Part shown: positions 28,609 to 38,377 of the stretch, piece after piece
How positions within the stretch are numbered: the first letter of the stretch is position 1
Layout of the letters: each line of letters begins with the position of its first letter
Assembly (NCBI GenBank): GCA_043782405.1
Contig: JAYWAN010000086.1
Span: 4,985 to 68,984 of the forward strand
Source: Chitinophagaceae bacterium
GTDB taxonomy: Bacteria > Bacteroidota > Bacteroidia > Chitinophagales > Chitinophagaceae
Direction: 5' to 3'
Length of the DNA: 64,000 nt
The notes under the pieces: model-generated
Databases searched by the model: none
What the model was told of the DNA's origin: nothing
Seen by the model: the letters and a program-made list of their open reading frames with translations, nothing else
Translations under genes and position numbers: made by a program

Positions 28609-29958
28609 ATGAAGCAGTTAATTTTTTTCGCCTTTATTTTTTCTGCCTTTACCGCATTCCCTCAAAACACTGTACAGCGTGATCCGCAAATAGAGCAAAT
28701 GGTGAAAGAGGTATCGGCCGATTCCCTTCAATCTTATATAAAAACCCTGGTGGCTTTTGGCACACGCAATACTTTAAGCACGCAAACCAATACGCAACGT
28801 GGCATCGGTGCTGCCCGCAACTGGGTATTGGGCAGGTTCAACGAAATGGCAAAACAATCCGGCGGCAGGCTTTCTGCCATGATAGATACCACCATGCTGC
28901 AACCCGATGGCAAGCGGGTGGACCGGTCATTGATACTGGGTAATGTGGTAGCCACGTTGAAAGGAACCGACCCGGCGGATACCCGTATCTTCATCATCAG
29001 TGGGCATCTTGATAATATGCGTACAAGCCCAACCGATAGTATCGGTGACGCCCCGGGTGCCGATGATGATGGCAGCGGCACGGCAGCCGTGATGGAATGT
29101 GCAAGGATCATGAGCAACCATAATTTTCCTTCTACGATCATCTTTGTTGCAGTAAGCGGCGAAGAGCAGGGATTACTGGGATCAACATTCATGAGTGAAA
29201 AGGCAAAAAGGGAGGGCTGGAATATTGAAGCTGTACTCAACAACGATATAATGGGCAGCAATAACAGCAATGAAACCAATATTACCGATAATAGCAAAGT
29301 GCGGGTGTTCAGCGAGGGTCTGCCCGCATATGAAACAGAGAAAAATGCTGTCAATATCCGTAACCTTGGATTGGAGAATGACGGAAAAGCACGTCAGCTT
29401 GCCCGTTATGTAAAAGAGATCGGTGAAAGATATATCGACAACCTGCAGGTGGTATTGATCTACCGTAACGACCGTTTTTTACGTGGTGGTGATCATACTC
29501 CTTATGTGCAGCGGGGCTTTGCAGCAGTACGCATTACCGAGATGAATGAGAATTACACCCGCCAGCACCAGAATGTAAGAACAGAAAATGGTATCAACTA
29601 TGGCGACCTGCCGGAACATATCGATTATGAGTACCTGCGGAAGAATACAGGAATGAATCTCTGTAACCTGGCAAGCCTGGCCAAGGCTCCCACTGTGCCC
29701 GACTCCGTAAAGATGGAAGTAAGGAAACTAACTAACTCTACTTACCTCACCTGGAGGGCACCAGGGTTTGGTAAAGTAAAAGGTTACTATGTTTTGATAA
29801 GAGAGACCACCAGCGCTTTCTGGCAAAAAAAAATATTCACCACCGAAACAGCAATGCACCTGCCTTATTCCAAAGACAATTATTTCTTTGCTGTACAGTC
29901 GGTAAACGAAACGGGCAATGAAAGCCTGCCGGTTGTGCCCATACCGGGAGGTAGATAA
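28609..29958 (+). CDS. Secreted M28 family peptidase with C-terminal Fn3-like domain
   Basis: SGHLD, GADDDGSG, GEEQGLLGS, NNDIMG, GGDH; YFFAVQSVNETGNES. Confidence 0.9.
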   Translation: MKQLIFFAFIFSAFTAFPQNTVQRDPQIEQMVKEVSADSLQSYIKTLVAFGTRNTLSTQTNTQRGIGAARNWVLGRFNEMAKQSGGRLSAMIDTTMLQPDGKRVDRSLILGNVVATLKGTDPADTRIFIISGHLDNMRTSPTDSIGDAPGADDDGSGTAAVMECARIMSNHNFPSTIIFVAVSGEEQGLLGSTFMSEKAKREGWNIEAVLNNDIMGSNNSNETNITDNSKVRVFSEGLPAYETEKNAVNIRNLGLENDGKARQLARYVKEIGERYIDNLQVVLIYRNDRFLRGGDHTPYVQRGFAAVRITEMNENYTRQHQNVRTENGINYGDLPEHIDYEYLRKNTGMNLCNLASLAKAPTVPDSVKMEVRKLTNSTYLTWRAPGFGKVKGYYVLIRETTSAFWQKKIFTTETAMHLPYSKDNYFFAVQSVNETGNESLPVVPIPGGR

Positions 29959-29972
29959 AACTTTACCAAAAC

Positions 29973-30686
29973 TTAGTCCTTATACAACACATAACCTTTG
30001 AGTTGGTAATGCGACAGTACCGTTTGTGCGGTGATGGAAACTTTCATCACCGGGAGGAGGTTTTCTTTTTTGATATCCTCGTAGGCCATTGCCTGTCCGC
30101 ATCCAATAAATTTTCCGCCTATGTTTTTTATCTCCTCAATGAGCTTCAGATTGGGATTATCTAGTTTGTATTTTTCTTTGTAAAAGGTATTTGTAGTAAA
30201 AGCAAGTAAAGCGCCGGCATGTATCACAATAACAGGAATTATTTTCTTCAGCGGAACACCCGAAGCCACATGCAGGTTGATGACCCTGGCTATTTCTACA
30301 AGACCGTTATTGACCTCCTTTGCCAACGAATCGGGATTATTTGCTGTCAACTCAAACAGCAACTTATACTCTATATTAGGATCTGGTATCTCGGTAGGGT
30401 CTTTCACCGGTACAACGCCGGCCCCATCGTAACCCTTAAATACCGGGTAAAGTGCAACGGCCTTGATCTTTTCCCATTTTTCCCAATTTTCAAATTGCTT
30501 ATTGATCTTTATCGTATCTGCATGCATGAGGGCATGATAAGTACTATCACGCTGCCCCCTGAACGCATTCAGCGTACTGTCTTTTTTAAACTTAAGGGAA
30601 GCCAGTGAACTATCGATATTGTAGGTCTGTGAGAATCCCGTAAAGTATAACATACAGGCAAGAACAAGGGTTGATATCTTTCTCAT
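29973..30686 (-). CDS. Exported DsrE/DsrF-like protein
   Basis: Signal peptide; ARVINLH, VIHAGA, FIGCGQAM, YQLKGY. Confidence 0.8.
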   Translation of the reverse strand: MRKISTLVLACMLYFTGFSQTYNIDSSLASLKFKKDSTLNAFRGQRDSTYHALMHADTIKINKQFENWEKWEKIKAVALYPVFKGYDGAGVVPVKDPTEIPDPNIEYKLLFELTANNPDSLAKEVNNGLVEIARVINLHVASGVPLKKIIPVIVIHAGALLAFTTNTFYKEKYKLDNPNLKLIEEIKNIGGKFIGCGQAMAYEDIKKENLLPVMKVSITAQTVLSHYQLKGYVLYKD

Positions 30687-30847
30687 AATAGTTGGTTTGC
30701 CGGTAAGATATATTATTATTTTGAATTATTAATAACTGTGGTGCCTAACGCGAATCCTTAACAATCCGTTAATTGTTGCATTTGGTTTTATGGGAACCGA
30801 ACCCGAACTAAAATATATTTTGAACATTATTTGCAAAATTCAATTAT

Positions 30848-30869
30848 TATTTAGACATTTGTCTAAATA
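30848..30869. promoter_or_regulatory. ArsR/SdpR operator palindrome
   Basis: Perfect TATTTAGACA-TT-TGTCTAAATA, 15 nt upstream of the repressor ATG. Confidence 0.75.
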
Positions 30870-30884
30870 TACAAATATCTAAGT

Positions 30885-31145
30885 ATGAATCTGCTCTTTA
30901 AAGCACTTAACGATACCACAAGGCGGGAAATACTGGAGCTGCTGAAAAAAAAGGACCTCACTGCAGGGGAGATTGCCGACAAATTCAGTATCAGCAAGCC
31001 CAGCATCTCTCATCACCTCGACCTGTTGAAGCAGGCCGGGCTGGTGGAATCGGTCAAGGAGGGGCAATACATTTATTATTCACTCAACACCACTGTGATG
31101 GATGAGATGGTGAAATGGTTGATACAATTTAAAACAAAAAGATAA
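30885..31145 (+). CDS. sdpR: SdpR-like ArsR family autorepressor
   Basis: FKALNDTTRREILELL, LTAGEIAD, SISHHLDLLKQAGLV, YSLNTT. Confidence 0.85.
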   Translation: MNLLFKALNDTTRREILELLKKKDLTAGEIADKFSISKPSISHHLDLLKQAGLVESVKEGQYIYYSLNTTVMDEMVKWLIQFKTKR

Positions 31146-31157
31146 AACATATCCAAC

Positions 31158-31826
31158 ATGAAACAGTCGAAATTATTTCATTTGCTATTCCCCTTTATCA
31201 TAATGGCTATCCCCTGGATATATCTGGCTTTCATCTGGAGCGACCTGCCGCAAACCATTCCCACCCATTTTGGCATCAAGGGAACACCCGATGCCTTCGG
31301 GCCAAAAAGCGATGTCTTTCTGCTGCCGGTATTATTTTCACTTATCGCCATACCGATGTATTTTTTGCTGAGAAATATTTATAAGATCGATCCGAAGAGG
31401 AAATATTCAGCAACAACATCTGCTGTATTATCGAAGATCGCCGTGGTAATGGTTATATTATTATGTGCCGTGGCCCTTTTCGTTTTATACTGGACCTTAC
31501 ATGGCAAAGTAGAGGGCATGCCCATTTTCTTCTGTGGCATAAGTTTATTCCTGGCGTATATGGGTAACCTGATGCACAGCATTAAACCCAATTATTTTGC
31601 AGGTTTCCGGTTGCCATGGACGTTGGAGAATGAAGACAACTGGAGAAAAACACACCAACTGGCCAGCAAGTTATGGTTCATTGGTGGGTTGGTACTGGCT
31701 GTTATTTCGTTGATACTGCCATTGCAGGCACTCATCATTGTTTTTATCGGCAGTGTATCGGTCATGGTCGTTATACCTGCCATTTATTCGTATAACCTGT
31801 ACCGTGAATCATTAAAAAATGGATAA
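31158..31826 (+). CDS. sdpI: SdpI family immunity membrane protein (DUF1648 + SdpI)
   Basis: LPQTIPTHFG..G.PD; KPNYFAGFRLPWTLENEDNWRKTH. Confidence 0.88.
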   Translation: MKQSKLFHLLFPFIIMAIPWIYLAFIWSDLPQTIPTHFGIKGTPDAFGPKSDVFLLPVLFSLIAIPMYFLLRNIYKIDPKRKYSATTSAVLSKIAVVMVILLCAVALFVLYWTLHGKVEGMPIFFCGISLFLAYMGNLMHSIKPNYFAGFRLPWTLENEDNWRKTHQLASKLWFIGGLVLAVISLILPLQALIIVFIGSVSVMVVIPAIYSYNLYRESLKNG

Positions 31827-31860
31827 AAAAAAGCCCCCGTTAAATTTAACGGGGGCTTTA
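31825..31860. terminator. Bidirectional intrinsic terminator
   Basis: AAAGCCCCCGTTAA-AT-TTAACGGGGGCTTT between convergent genes. Confidence 0.85.
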
Positions 31861-31863
31861 ACC

Positions 31864-32325
31864 TTAACTCTTCACCTGTTCCTTTTTAATTTTACTTTCC
31901 ACATCTATGTCCCCATTACTGTAGCATTTCAGCTTTAAAACCTGTTTGCTGTTTTCTACAGTAAGGTAATAGGAGGTTTGCCCTTCGTAGTTTAATTCAA
32001 ACGCCTGTGCCGAAACGGTGTACTCACTAAATTTTTTGGCGAGTTCCAGTGTAACATTCAATGGCAGTTGTGCCGAAGCAATTTTCCTGGAAACCCCTAC
32101 CAGTTCGCCATCTTCATTGTAAGCAGCATCAACAGTAATATTGTTGAACTGGAAGGTGGCGAAATAAAAATTACTTGTCTTCTCCCAGCTTACATTGTTT
32201 ACCTGAGAGAAATCTGTTTTGAATGCTGCCGCTACCTTGGCTGTTACATTGTCGCCATCCTTGGCAAATGCGCTGGTGGCAAACAGCATTACGATTGCTG
32301 TTAAAACGGTTGTTAATTTTTTCAT
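31864..32325 (-). CDS. Secreted PepSY/DUF2874-like protein
   Basis: Signal peptide; AFKTDF..VSW..AAYNEDGELVG..QLPLNV. Confidence 0.7.
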   Translation of the reverse strand: MKKLTTVLTAIVMLFATSAFAKDGDNVTAKVAAAFKTDFSQVNNVSWEKTSNFYFATFQFNNITVDAAYNEDGELVGVSRKIASAQLPLNVTLELAKKFSEYTVSAQAFELNYEGQTSYYLTVENSKQVLKLKCYSNGDIDVESKIKKEQVKS

Positions 32326-32597
32326 GACTATACTTTTTAGTGTTTAAAATTACTGCCCATGGCAGGCAGCTGATTACAACACAAATGTAAACAGGCGCAT
32401 TGAGGGGCAGTAACACAATGGTACCGGTAACGTTAAGGAAAGTTAATGCATAGATGAGTGGTAAGATAAATTACCGGGATAACACTATTTTGTTTCCTGA
32501 AACGCCCTGCAGTAAAGGGTTTTCTTTTCTTTCTTAAAAAAATACTAAAATATGAGTTGGTAATGTTAAAAAGTGAAGTTGGTTTTTTAGCGTTAAT

Positions 32598-32635
32598 AAG
32601 TTTTGGAAAGTTTGCAAAGTTTTGGAAGGTTTGCA
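32598..32635 (+). repeat. 19-bp tandem duplication
   Basis: AAGTTTTGGAAAGTTTGCA followed by AAGTTTTGGAAGGTTTGCA (1 mismatch). Confidence 0.85.
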
Positions 32636-32637
32636 GT

Positions 32638-33234
32638 ATGAATTATCTTGCTCATGCATACCTGTCCTTTCATCAGCCCGAAATACTGGTGGGTAATATG
32701 ATCAGTGATTTTATAAAGGGGAAAAAGCAATTTGATCAACCTGCCATGGTACAAAAGGGTATCAGGCTCCACCGTGCCATTGATACATTTACTGATGCGC
32801 ATCCCGTTACTGCAGAACTAAAATCCTTCTTCAGGCCCCAATACCGGCTTTACTCGGGCGCTTTTGCAGATGTAGTGTACGATCATTTTTTAGCCATTGA
32901 TACCAATGAGTTCGTTACAGAGAATATGCTAAAGGGATTTGCAGCAACCACCTATCAGGTACTGGAAGATAATATCATTCGCTTACCTCCACCCTTTCAA
33001 AAAATGTTACCTCATATGAAAGCTTATGACTGGCTGTATAGTTACCGTTATACAGATGGTATTGAAAAAAGTTTTGGCGGAGTGGTCAGGCGGTCGGCCT
33101 ATCTCACAGAAAGTAAGATAGCCTTTGATATTTTCACCGGGAATTATACAGCTATGCAGTCCTGTTATGCACGCTTCTTCCCCGAATTAAAAAGTTTTAC
33201 CACACATCAATTTCATCAGCTGATAAACAGTTGA
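32638..33234 (+). CDS. acpH: ACP phosphodiesterase (DUF479)
   Basis: MNYLAHAYLS, GNMISDFIKG, LHRAIDTFTDAHP, DVVYDHFLA. Confidence 0.88.
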   Translation: MNYLAHAYLSFHQPEILVGNMISDFIKGKKQFDQPAMVQKGIRLHRAIDTFTDAHPVTAELKSFFRPQYRLYSGAFADVVYDHFLAIDTNEFVTENMLKGFAATTYQVLEDNIIRLPPPFQKMLPHMKAYDWLYSYRYTDGIEKSFGGVVRRSAYLTESKIAFDIFTGNYTAMQSCYARFFPELKSFTTHQFHQLINS

Positions 33235-33260
33235 TTCATTTATCTTTGAAAAAAATCAGT

Positions 33261-33824
33261 ATGAAAAAAGTTTGCTTAGCATTAATGGCCATTTGTTTTT
33301 CAGCCGCCGCTGCGTTTGCCCAGGGTAAGCTGCCGCCAATAGACAAATCGCCAATGGACATGAGTTATTGTCCCGACAAGTACCCTGTATTGAAGATACA
33401 GGATAAAATAACAGACCCATTGACAGCAAGGGTGATCTACAGCCGTCCGCAAAAGAACGGGAGGGTAATCTTTGGCGAACTGGTGGAGTACGGAAAAGTT
33501 TGGCGCCTGGGTGCCAATGAAGCAACCGAGCTTGATATTTATCAAACGGTAAGGATCAATGATAAAAAAGTGAAGAAGGGCCGGTATACCATGTACTGCA
33601 TTCCCTATGCAGATAAGTGGACCCTTATCATTAATAAAGAATCTGATACCTGGGGCTCTTTTAAATATGAGGAAAAAAAGGATCTCTTGCGTGTAGACGT
33701 ACCCGTATCAAAACAAACCGATATCCTTGATGCCTTTGTAATGGCCTTTGAGAAAACGAATACAGGATCTAACCTTGTCATCGCATGGGATGATGTAAAA
33801 GTCAGTCTTCCCATAACCTACTAG
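33261..33824 (+). CDS. DUF2911 domain protein
   Basis: Signal peptide; YSRPQKNGRVIFG, VWRLGANEAT; TATCTTTG promoter at 33241-33248. Confidence 0.88.
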   Translation: MKKVCLALMAICFSAAAAFAQGKLPPIDKSPMDMSYCPDKYPVLKIQDKITDPLTARVIYSRPQKNGRVIFGELVEYGKVWRLGANEATELDIYQTVRINDKKVKKGRYTMYCIPYADKWTLIINKESDTWGSFKYEEKKDLLRVDVPVSKQTDILDAFVMAFEKTNTGSNLVIAWDDVKVSLPITY

Positions 33825-33832
33825 CTACCAGG

Positions 33833-33870
33833 GCGGGGATTTTTTTTGAGTCCCTGCACTCGTTTTTTTT
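33833..33870 (+). terminator. Probable intrinsic terminator
   Basis: GCGGGGATT/AGTCCCTGC stem followed by a T8 run. Confidence 0.5.
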
Positions 33871-33885
33871 GTTGATATTTACACT

Positions 33886-35796
33886 ATGTGTGGAATTGCC
33901 GGCATCCTCATCAACAGCCAGTCATCCGAAATATTAAGATCTTCCGGTGGATTGCAGCATTTGAAAAAAATGACTGCTGCCATTTCACACCGCGGCCCCG
34001 ATGGTGAAGGGCTTTGGGCCAATACCACGGGGAATGTTTTTTTAGGCCACCGACGCCTTGCCGTGATCGATCTTTCTCCCATTGCGGCACAACCGATGCA
34101 TTTCAACCCGGACAAGGCAACTAACGGAGAAGAAAAAAATCCCCGTTACAGTATCATTCACAATGGGGAGATCTATAACTACCTTGAATTAAGAATTATT
34201 TTACAGCAAAAGGGTTATGTCTTCCGTTCGCAATCAGATACAGAAGTTATTTTAGCTGCTTATGATTACTGGAAAGAGAATTGTCTGCAACAATTCGATG
34301 GCATGTTTGCCTTTGCCATCTGGGACGAAAAAGAACAGGTACTCTTTGCAGCAAGGGACCGTTTTGGGGAAAAGCCCTTTTATTATTTTGAAGATGAAAA
34401 GCATTTTATTTTTGCCAGCGAAATGAAAGCGCTCTGGGCTGCCGGTGTGCCCAAAGATATTGACGATAAGATGTTGCTGAACTATCTTACCCTTGGCCAT
34501 GTACAGAATTCAATGGATAAGGAGCAATGTTTTTTTCAAAATATTTTTTCCCTTCCCCCCTCGCATTATTTACAGGTGAGCATGACTGACCTTAAATCTA
34601 GGATCCATAAATACTGGGGTATCAATAAAGAAATAAAAATTGATATCTCCCCTTCGGATGCTGTTGAAAAATTCAATGAACTCTTCAGTTCATCCATAAA
34701 AAAAAGATTAAGAAGCGATGTAACGGTCGGAAGCAGTCTTAGTGGAGGTTTAGACAGTTCTTCCATTATCGCTTTTATCAGCCAGCAAAGAGCAGCACCT
34801 GCCGGGCCACAACTTAAAACCTTCTCTGCCGTTTTCCCTGGTTTCGAAAAAGATGAATCAGCCTATATTGATGCCGTTGCAGATAAGTTTGGTACCGAAA
34901 GTTTCCGCATCTCCCCTACACCGGAAAGCCTTATAAAAGATTTTGAACAACTTTGTTTTCACCAGGAAGAACCTTTTTCTTCTTCGGGTATTTATGCGCA
35001 ATACAAAATATTTGAGCTGGCCAAACAACAGGGTGTAAAAGTTTTACTCGATGGACAGGGTGCAGATGAAATACTGGCGGGTTATCCAAGATATATTCAC
35101 TGGTACCTGCAGGAAGTGCTGAGCAGGCATAAGTTGGGTTCAACGCAAAAAGAAAGAAAGGCCATGGTGAAGAACGGGCAACCCTTTGGCTGGGATATAA
35201 AAAATATACTGGCCGCTTTTCTTCCTGCACATGCTGCCATACAACTGGAAAAAAAAGAATACCATAAAACCATTAAACATCCCGATATCGACACGGGGTT
35301 TCTTAAATCACTTACTGGCAGGGAATGGGAAGGTATCCATAAGCCTATCGTCACCAAACTGAATGATATCCTTTATTTCAACACTATGGAAATGGGACTG
35401 GAAGAATTACTCCGTTTTGCCGACCGCAACAGCATGGCCCATGGCAGGGAAACAAGGTTACCTTTTTTAGACCACCAGCTGGTACAATTCATTTTTTCTC
35501 TCCCCGCGCAATTGAAGATCCATGATGGCTGGACAAAATGCCTGTTAAGGTATGCGATGGACAAAAAATTACCGGATGAAATAGTTTGGCGAAAAGAAAA
35601 AATTGGTTTCGAAACCCCGCAGCTGCAGTGGATGCAAAATAAACTGATGCAGGATTATATGCAGGAAGCCCGGAGAAAACTGGTAACACATGGCATATTG
35701 AAACAATCGGTACTCAATAAAAAAATCCAGCCCAGGGACGCTTATGCCGCGGATAATTACGATTGGCGGTATTTGTGTGCCGCACATATAATATGA
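33886..35796 (+). CDS. asnB: Asparagine synthase (glutamine-hydrolysing) family
   Basis: MCGIAG, HRGPDG, NGEIYN, SDTEV, SLSGGLDSS, GQGADE, ETRLPFLD. Confidence 0.92.
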   Translation: MCGIAGILINSQSSEILRSSGGLQHLKKMTAAISHRGPDGEGLWANTTGNVFLGHRRLAVIDLSPIAAQPMHFNPDKATNGEEKNPRYSIIHNGEIYNYLELRIILQQKGYVFRSQSDTEVILAAYDYWKENCLQQFDGMFAFAIWDEKEQVLFAARDRFGEKPFYYFEDEKHFIFASEMKALWAAGVPKDIDDKMLLNYLTLGHVQNSMDKEQCFFQNIFSLPPSHYLQVSMTDLKSRIHKYWGINKEIKIDISPSDAVEKFNELFSSSIKKRLRSDVTVGSSLSGGLDSSSIIAFISQQRAAPAGPQLKTFSAVFPGFEKDESAYIDAVADKFGTESFRISPTPESLIKDFEQLCFHQEEPFSSSGIYAQYKIFELAKQQGVKVLLDGQGADEILAGYPRYIHWYLQEVLSRHKLGSTQKERKAMVKNGQPFGWDIKNILAAFLPAHAAIQLEKKEYHKTIKHPDIDTGFLKSLTGREWEGIHKPIVTKLNDILYFNTMEMGLEELLRFADRNSMAHGRETRLPFLDHQLVQFIFSLPAQLKIHDGWTKCLLRYAMDKKLPDEIVWRKEKIGFETPQLQWMQNKLMQDYMQEARRKLVTHGILKQSVLNKKIQPRDAYAADNYDWRYLCAAHII

Positions 35797-35864
35797 GTTG
35801 GTATTAAATTTTATTTACTCACCTTTGCCCAATATTCTATCGGTAAATTAAATATTCAACAGCA

Positions 35865-37004
35865 ATGAAACCCGCTACAAAATTTATACACGCCGGTGCC
35901 GAGCCCGATGCCAGTACAGGCGCTATCATGACACCCATTTTTCAAACCAGTACTTATGTGCAGGAAGCCCCGGGTAAAAACAAAGGTTATGAATACGCCC
36001 GTTCTCAAAATCCTACACGTAAAGCATTGGAAGATGCACTGGCCATTATTGAAAACGGAAAATACGGGCTTGCATTTGGAAGCGGGGTAGCCGCCACCGA
36101 TAGTGTGATAAAATTATTGAATCCCGGCGATGAAGTGATTGCGGCCAATGACATGTACGGGGGCAGTTACCGCCTCTTCACCAAAGTATGGGAACGCTAT
36201 GGCATAAAATTCATTTATGTAAACACTTCCGATGCTGCCAATGTAAAAGCGGAGGTTACAGCAAATACAAAATTAATATGGGTAGAAACACCTACCAATC
36301 CCCTGATGAATATCACCGATATCGCCGCAATCGCCGCAATCGCAAAAGCTGCAAATGCATTGCTTTGTGTTGATAACACGTTTGCATCACCCTGTTTACA
36401 AAATCCGCTCGACCTGGGTGCGGATATCGTGATGCATTCTTCTACAAAATACCTTGGCGGGCATAGTGATGTTATACAGGGTGCGTTGATCATGAATGAT
36501 CCAACGCTCAGGGAAAAATTATATTTCATTCAAAAGAGTTGCGGCGCCGTACCCGGACCGATGGATTGCTTTTTGGTATTACGCGGAATAAAAACCCTGC
36601 ACGTACGCATGAAACAACACTGTGAGAACGGAGAAAAAATTGCACACTGGTTACGTAAGCACCCCAAGGTAGCGAAAGTGTACTGGCCTGGTTTTGAAGA
36701 CAGCGCTGGTTATGCCGTTGCGAAAAAACAGATGCTTGGCTTTGGTGGTATGATCAGTTTTGAATTAAAGAATGACAGCGAAGCGGAAGTGAAAAGGGTT
36801 TTATCTTCCACACATCTTTTTTCTTTGGCAGAAAGTCTGGGTGGCGTGGAGAGCCTGATCAATCACCCGGCAAGCATGACACATGCAAGTATCCCCAAAG
36901 AAGAAAGAATTAAAAACGGCTTAAGCGAAGGATTGATACGATTAAGCGTTGGTATCGAAGATGCCGATGACCTTATTGCCGACCTCGATAATGCAATAGG
37001 TTAA
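35865..37004 (+). CDS. Cystathionine gamma-synthase/gamma-lyase (PLP trans-sulfuration enzyme)
   Basis: YARSQNPT, ETPTNP, VDNTFA, HSSTKYLGGHSD, AESLGGVESL; MetB vs MccB not separable by eye. Confidence 0.92.
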   Translation: MKPATKFIHAGAEPDASTGAIMTPIFQTSTYVQEAPGKNKGYEYARSQNPTRKALEDALAIIENGKYGLAFGSGVAATDSVIKLLNPGDEVIAANDMYGGSYRLFTKVWERYGIKFIYVNTSDAANVKAEVTANTKLIWVETPTNPLMNITDIAAIAAIAKAANALLCVDNTFASPCLQNPLDLGADIVMHSSTKYLGGHSDVIQGALIMNDPTLREKLYFIQKSCGAVPGPMDCFLVLRGIKTLHVRMKQHCENGEKIAHWLRKHPKVAKVYWPGFEDSAGYAVAKKQMLGFGGMISFELKNDSEAEVKRVLSSTHLFSLAESLGGVESLINHPASMTHASIPKEERIKNGLSEGLIRLSVGIEDADDLIADLDNAIG

Positions 37005-37008
37005 TACC

Positions 37009-37248
37009 ATGAATTATTTTATTGAAATCATCGGGTGGAACGGTGCTGTATTGATCGTTGGGTCTTATTTCTTCAATATCAACGGGAAACTGAAAAGCAC
37101 TTCGCCGGTATATATCATCTGCAATTTATTGGGAGGGATATTTTTTACGGTCAATACCCTGGTACACGGGGCTTATCCTTCCATGATCGTAAATATCATC
37201 TGGGTTATTATTGCTGTTGCCGCTTTGCTTAAAAAAGATAAAACATAA
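37009..37248 (+). CDS. CBU_0592 family small membrane protein
   Basis: IGWNGA..SY..Y..NLLGG..AYPS..VNIIW; three TM helices. Confidence 0.75.
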   Translation: MNYFIEIIGWNGAVLIVGSYFFNINGKLKSTSPVYIICNLLGGIFFTVNTLVHGAYPSMIVNIIWVIIAVAALLKKDKT

Positions 37249-37250
37249 TT

Positions 37251-38036
37251 ATGAATGCGGTACAAAAGGTCAAAAAAGAATTTGACGCGAAAGTTGATCT
37301 TTATAACCGGCCGGCTTTCATTAAAGATGACCCTATTTCCATACCGCATCTTTTTTCAAAAAAACAGGATATCGAGATCGCTGGTTTTTTTGCCGCTATC
37401 TTTTCCTGGGGCAACCGTACCACTATTATCAATAAGAGCAAAGAACTGCTGCAATTGATGGATAATACCCCCTATCTTTTTTGTATGCATGCGGATAAAG
37501 CGCAATTAAAAAGATTGCTTCATTTTAAGCACCGCACTTTTAATGCAACCGACCTCCTGTATTTTATTGAGTTCTTTAAATTTCATTATTCCCATACCGA
37601 TTCGCTGGAAACGGCTTTTACCAGGGGAATGAATAAAAAAGATAAAACTGTTGAAAATGGATTAGCGGGTTTTTATCATTATTTTTTTTCTTTACCGGAT
37701 ATACCGCAGAGAACAAGAAAGCATATTGCTTCTCCCGAAAAGAACTCTTCCTGTAAAAGATTAAATATGTTTTTACGCTGGATGGTGCGCAGGGATAATA
37801 AAGGGGTAGACCTTGGTATCTGGAAAAAAATATCTCCTGCTCAATTGATCTGCCCCTTGGATGTACACGTGGTAAGGGTTGCAAAAAGATACGGTATGCT
37901 GCAAAGGGAGCAAACCGATTGGCGTGCTGCACTTGAACTAACGGATCATTTGCGTACTTTGGACAAGGCAGACCCGGTAAAATATGATTTCGCTTTGTTT
38001 GGAACAGGGGTGATGGAAAATAAACTGCATATTTAA
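37251..38036 (+). CDS. TIGR02757/DUF2400 family protein (HhH-GPD-like)
   Basis: FIKDDPISIPH, CKRLNMFLRWMVR, PLDVHV, DPVKYDFALFG. Confidence 0.9.
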   Translation: MNAVQKVKKEFDAKVDLYNRPAFIKDDPISIPHLFSKKQDIEIAGFFAAIFSWGNRTTIINKSKELLQLMDNTPYLFCMHADKAQLKRLLHFKHRTFNATDLLYFIEFFKFHYSHTDSLETAFTRGMNKKDKTVENGLAGFYHYFFSLPDIPQRTRKHIASPEKNSSCKRLNMFLRWMVRRDNKGVDLGIWKKISPAQLICPLDVHVVRVAKRYGMLQREQTDWRAALELTDHLRTLDKADPVKYDFALFGTGVMENKLHI

Positions 38037-38056
38037 AAAGCTTAATTGATTTGCTG

Positions 38057-38377
38057 ATGGAGAATGATGAATTGATACAGTCGCTTAACAAAGAACTGGC
38101 AGTTGGCTTGCCCGAACAGGTGGCATATGATGAGCTGCATCCGCTGTTAGCCACTTACATCAATGGGCTTATTAAAAATGATTTTGAAAAACTGATCAGG
38201 TACCTTTATCGCATTGATGTAAGCGAAGCAAAATTAAAATCCCTTTTACAACAAAACCCGCAGGAAGATGCAGGTAATATCATTGCTGCATTGATCATTG
38301 AAAGGCAGGAGCAGAAAATAAAAACCCGTCGGCAATTCAACCAACGGGATAATGATATTGAAGCGGAAAAATGGTGA
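38057..38377 (+). CDS. Conserved hypothetical protein
   Basis: LIRYLYRIDVSE..IIERQEQKIKTR; continues the operon. Confidence 0.75.
   Translation: MENDELIQSLNKELAVGLPEQVAYDELHPLLATYINGLIKNDFEKLIRYLYRIDVSEAKLKSLLQQNPQEDAGNIIAALIIERQEQKIKTRRQFNQRDNDIEAEKW

Noticed and set aside
33886-35796. asnB as a lasso-peptide cyclase or part of a biosynthetic cluster
   Set aside because: It has an intact N-terminal Cys glutaminase domain, and no precursor, peptidase or RRE genes are nearby.
36321-36343. ATCGCCGCA tandem repeat
   Set aside because: In-frame coding repeat (IAAIAAIA) within a conserved helix.
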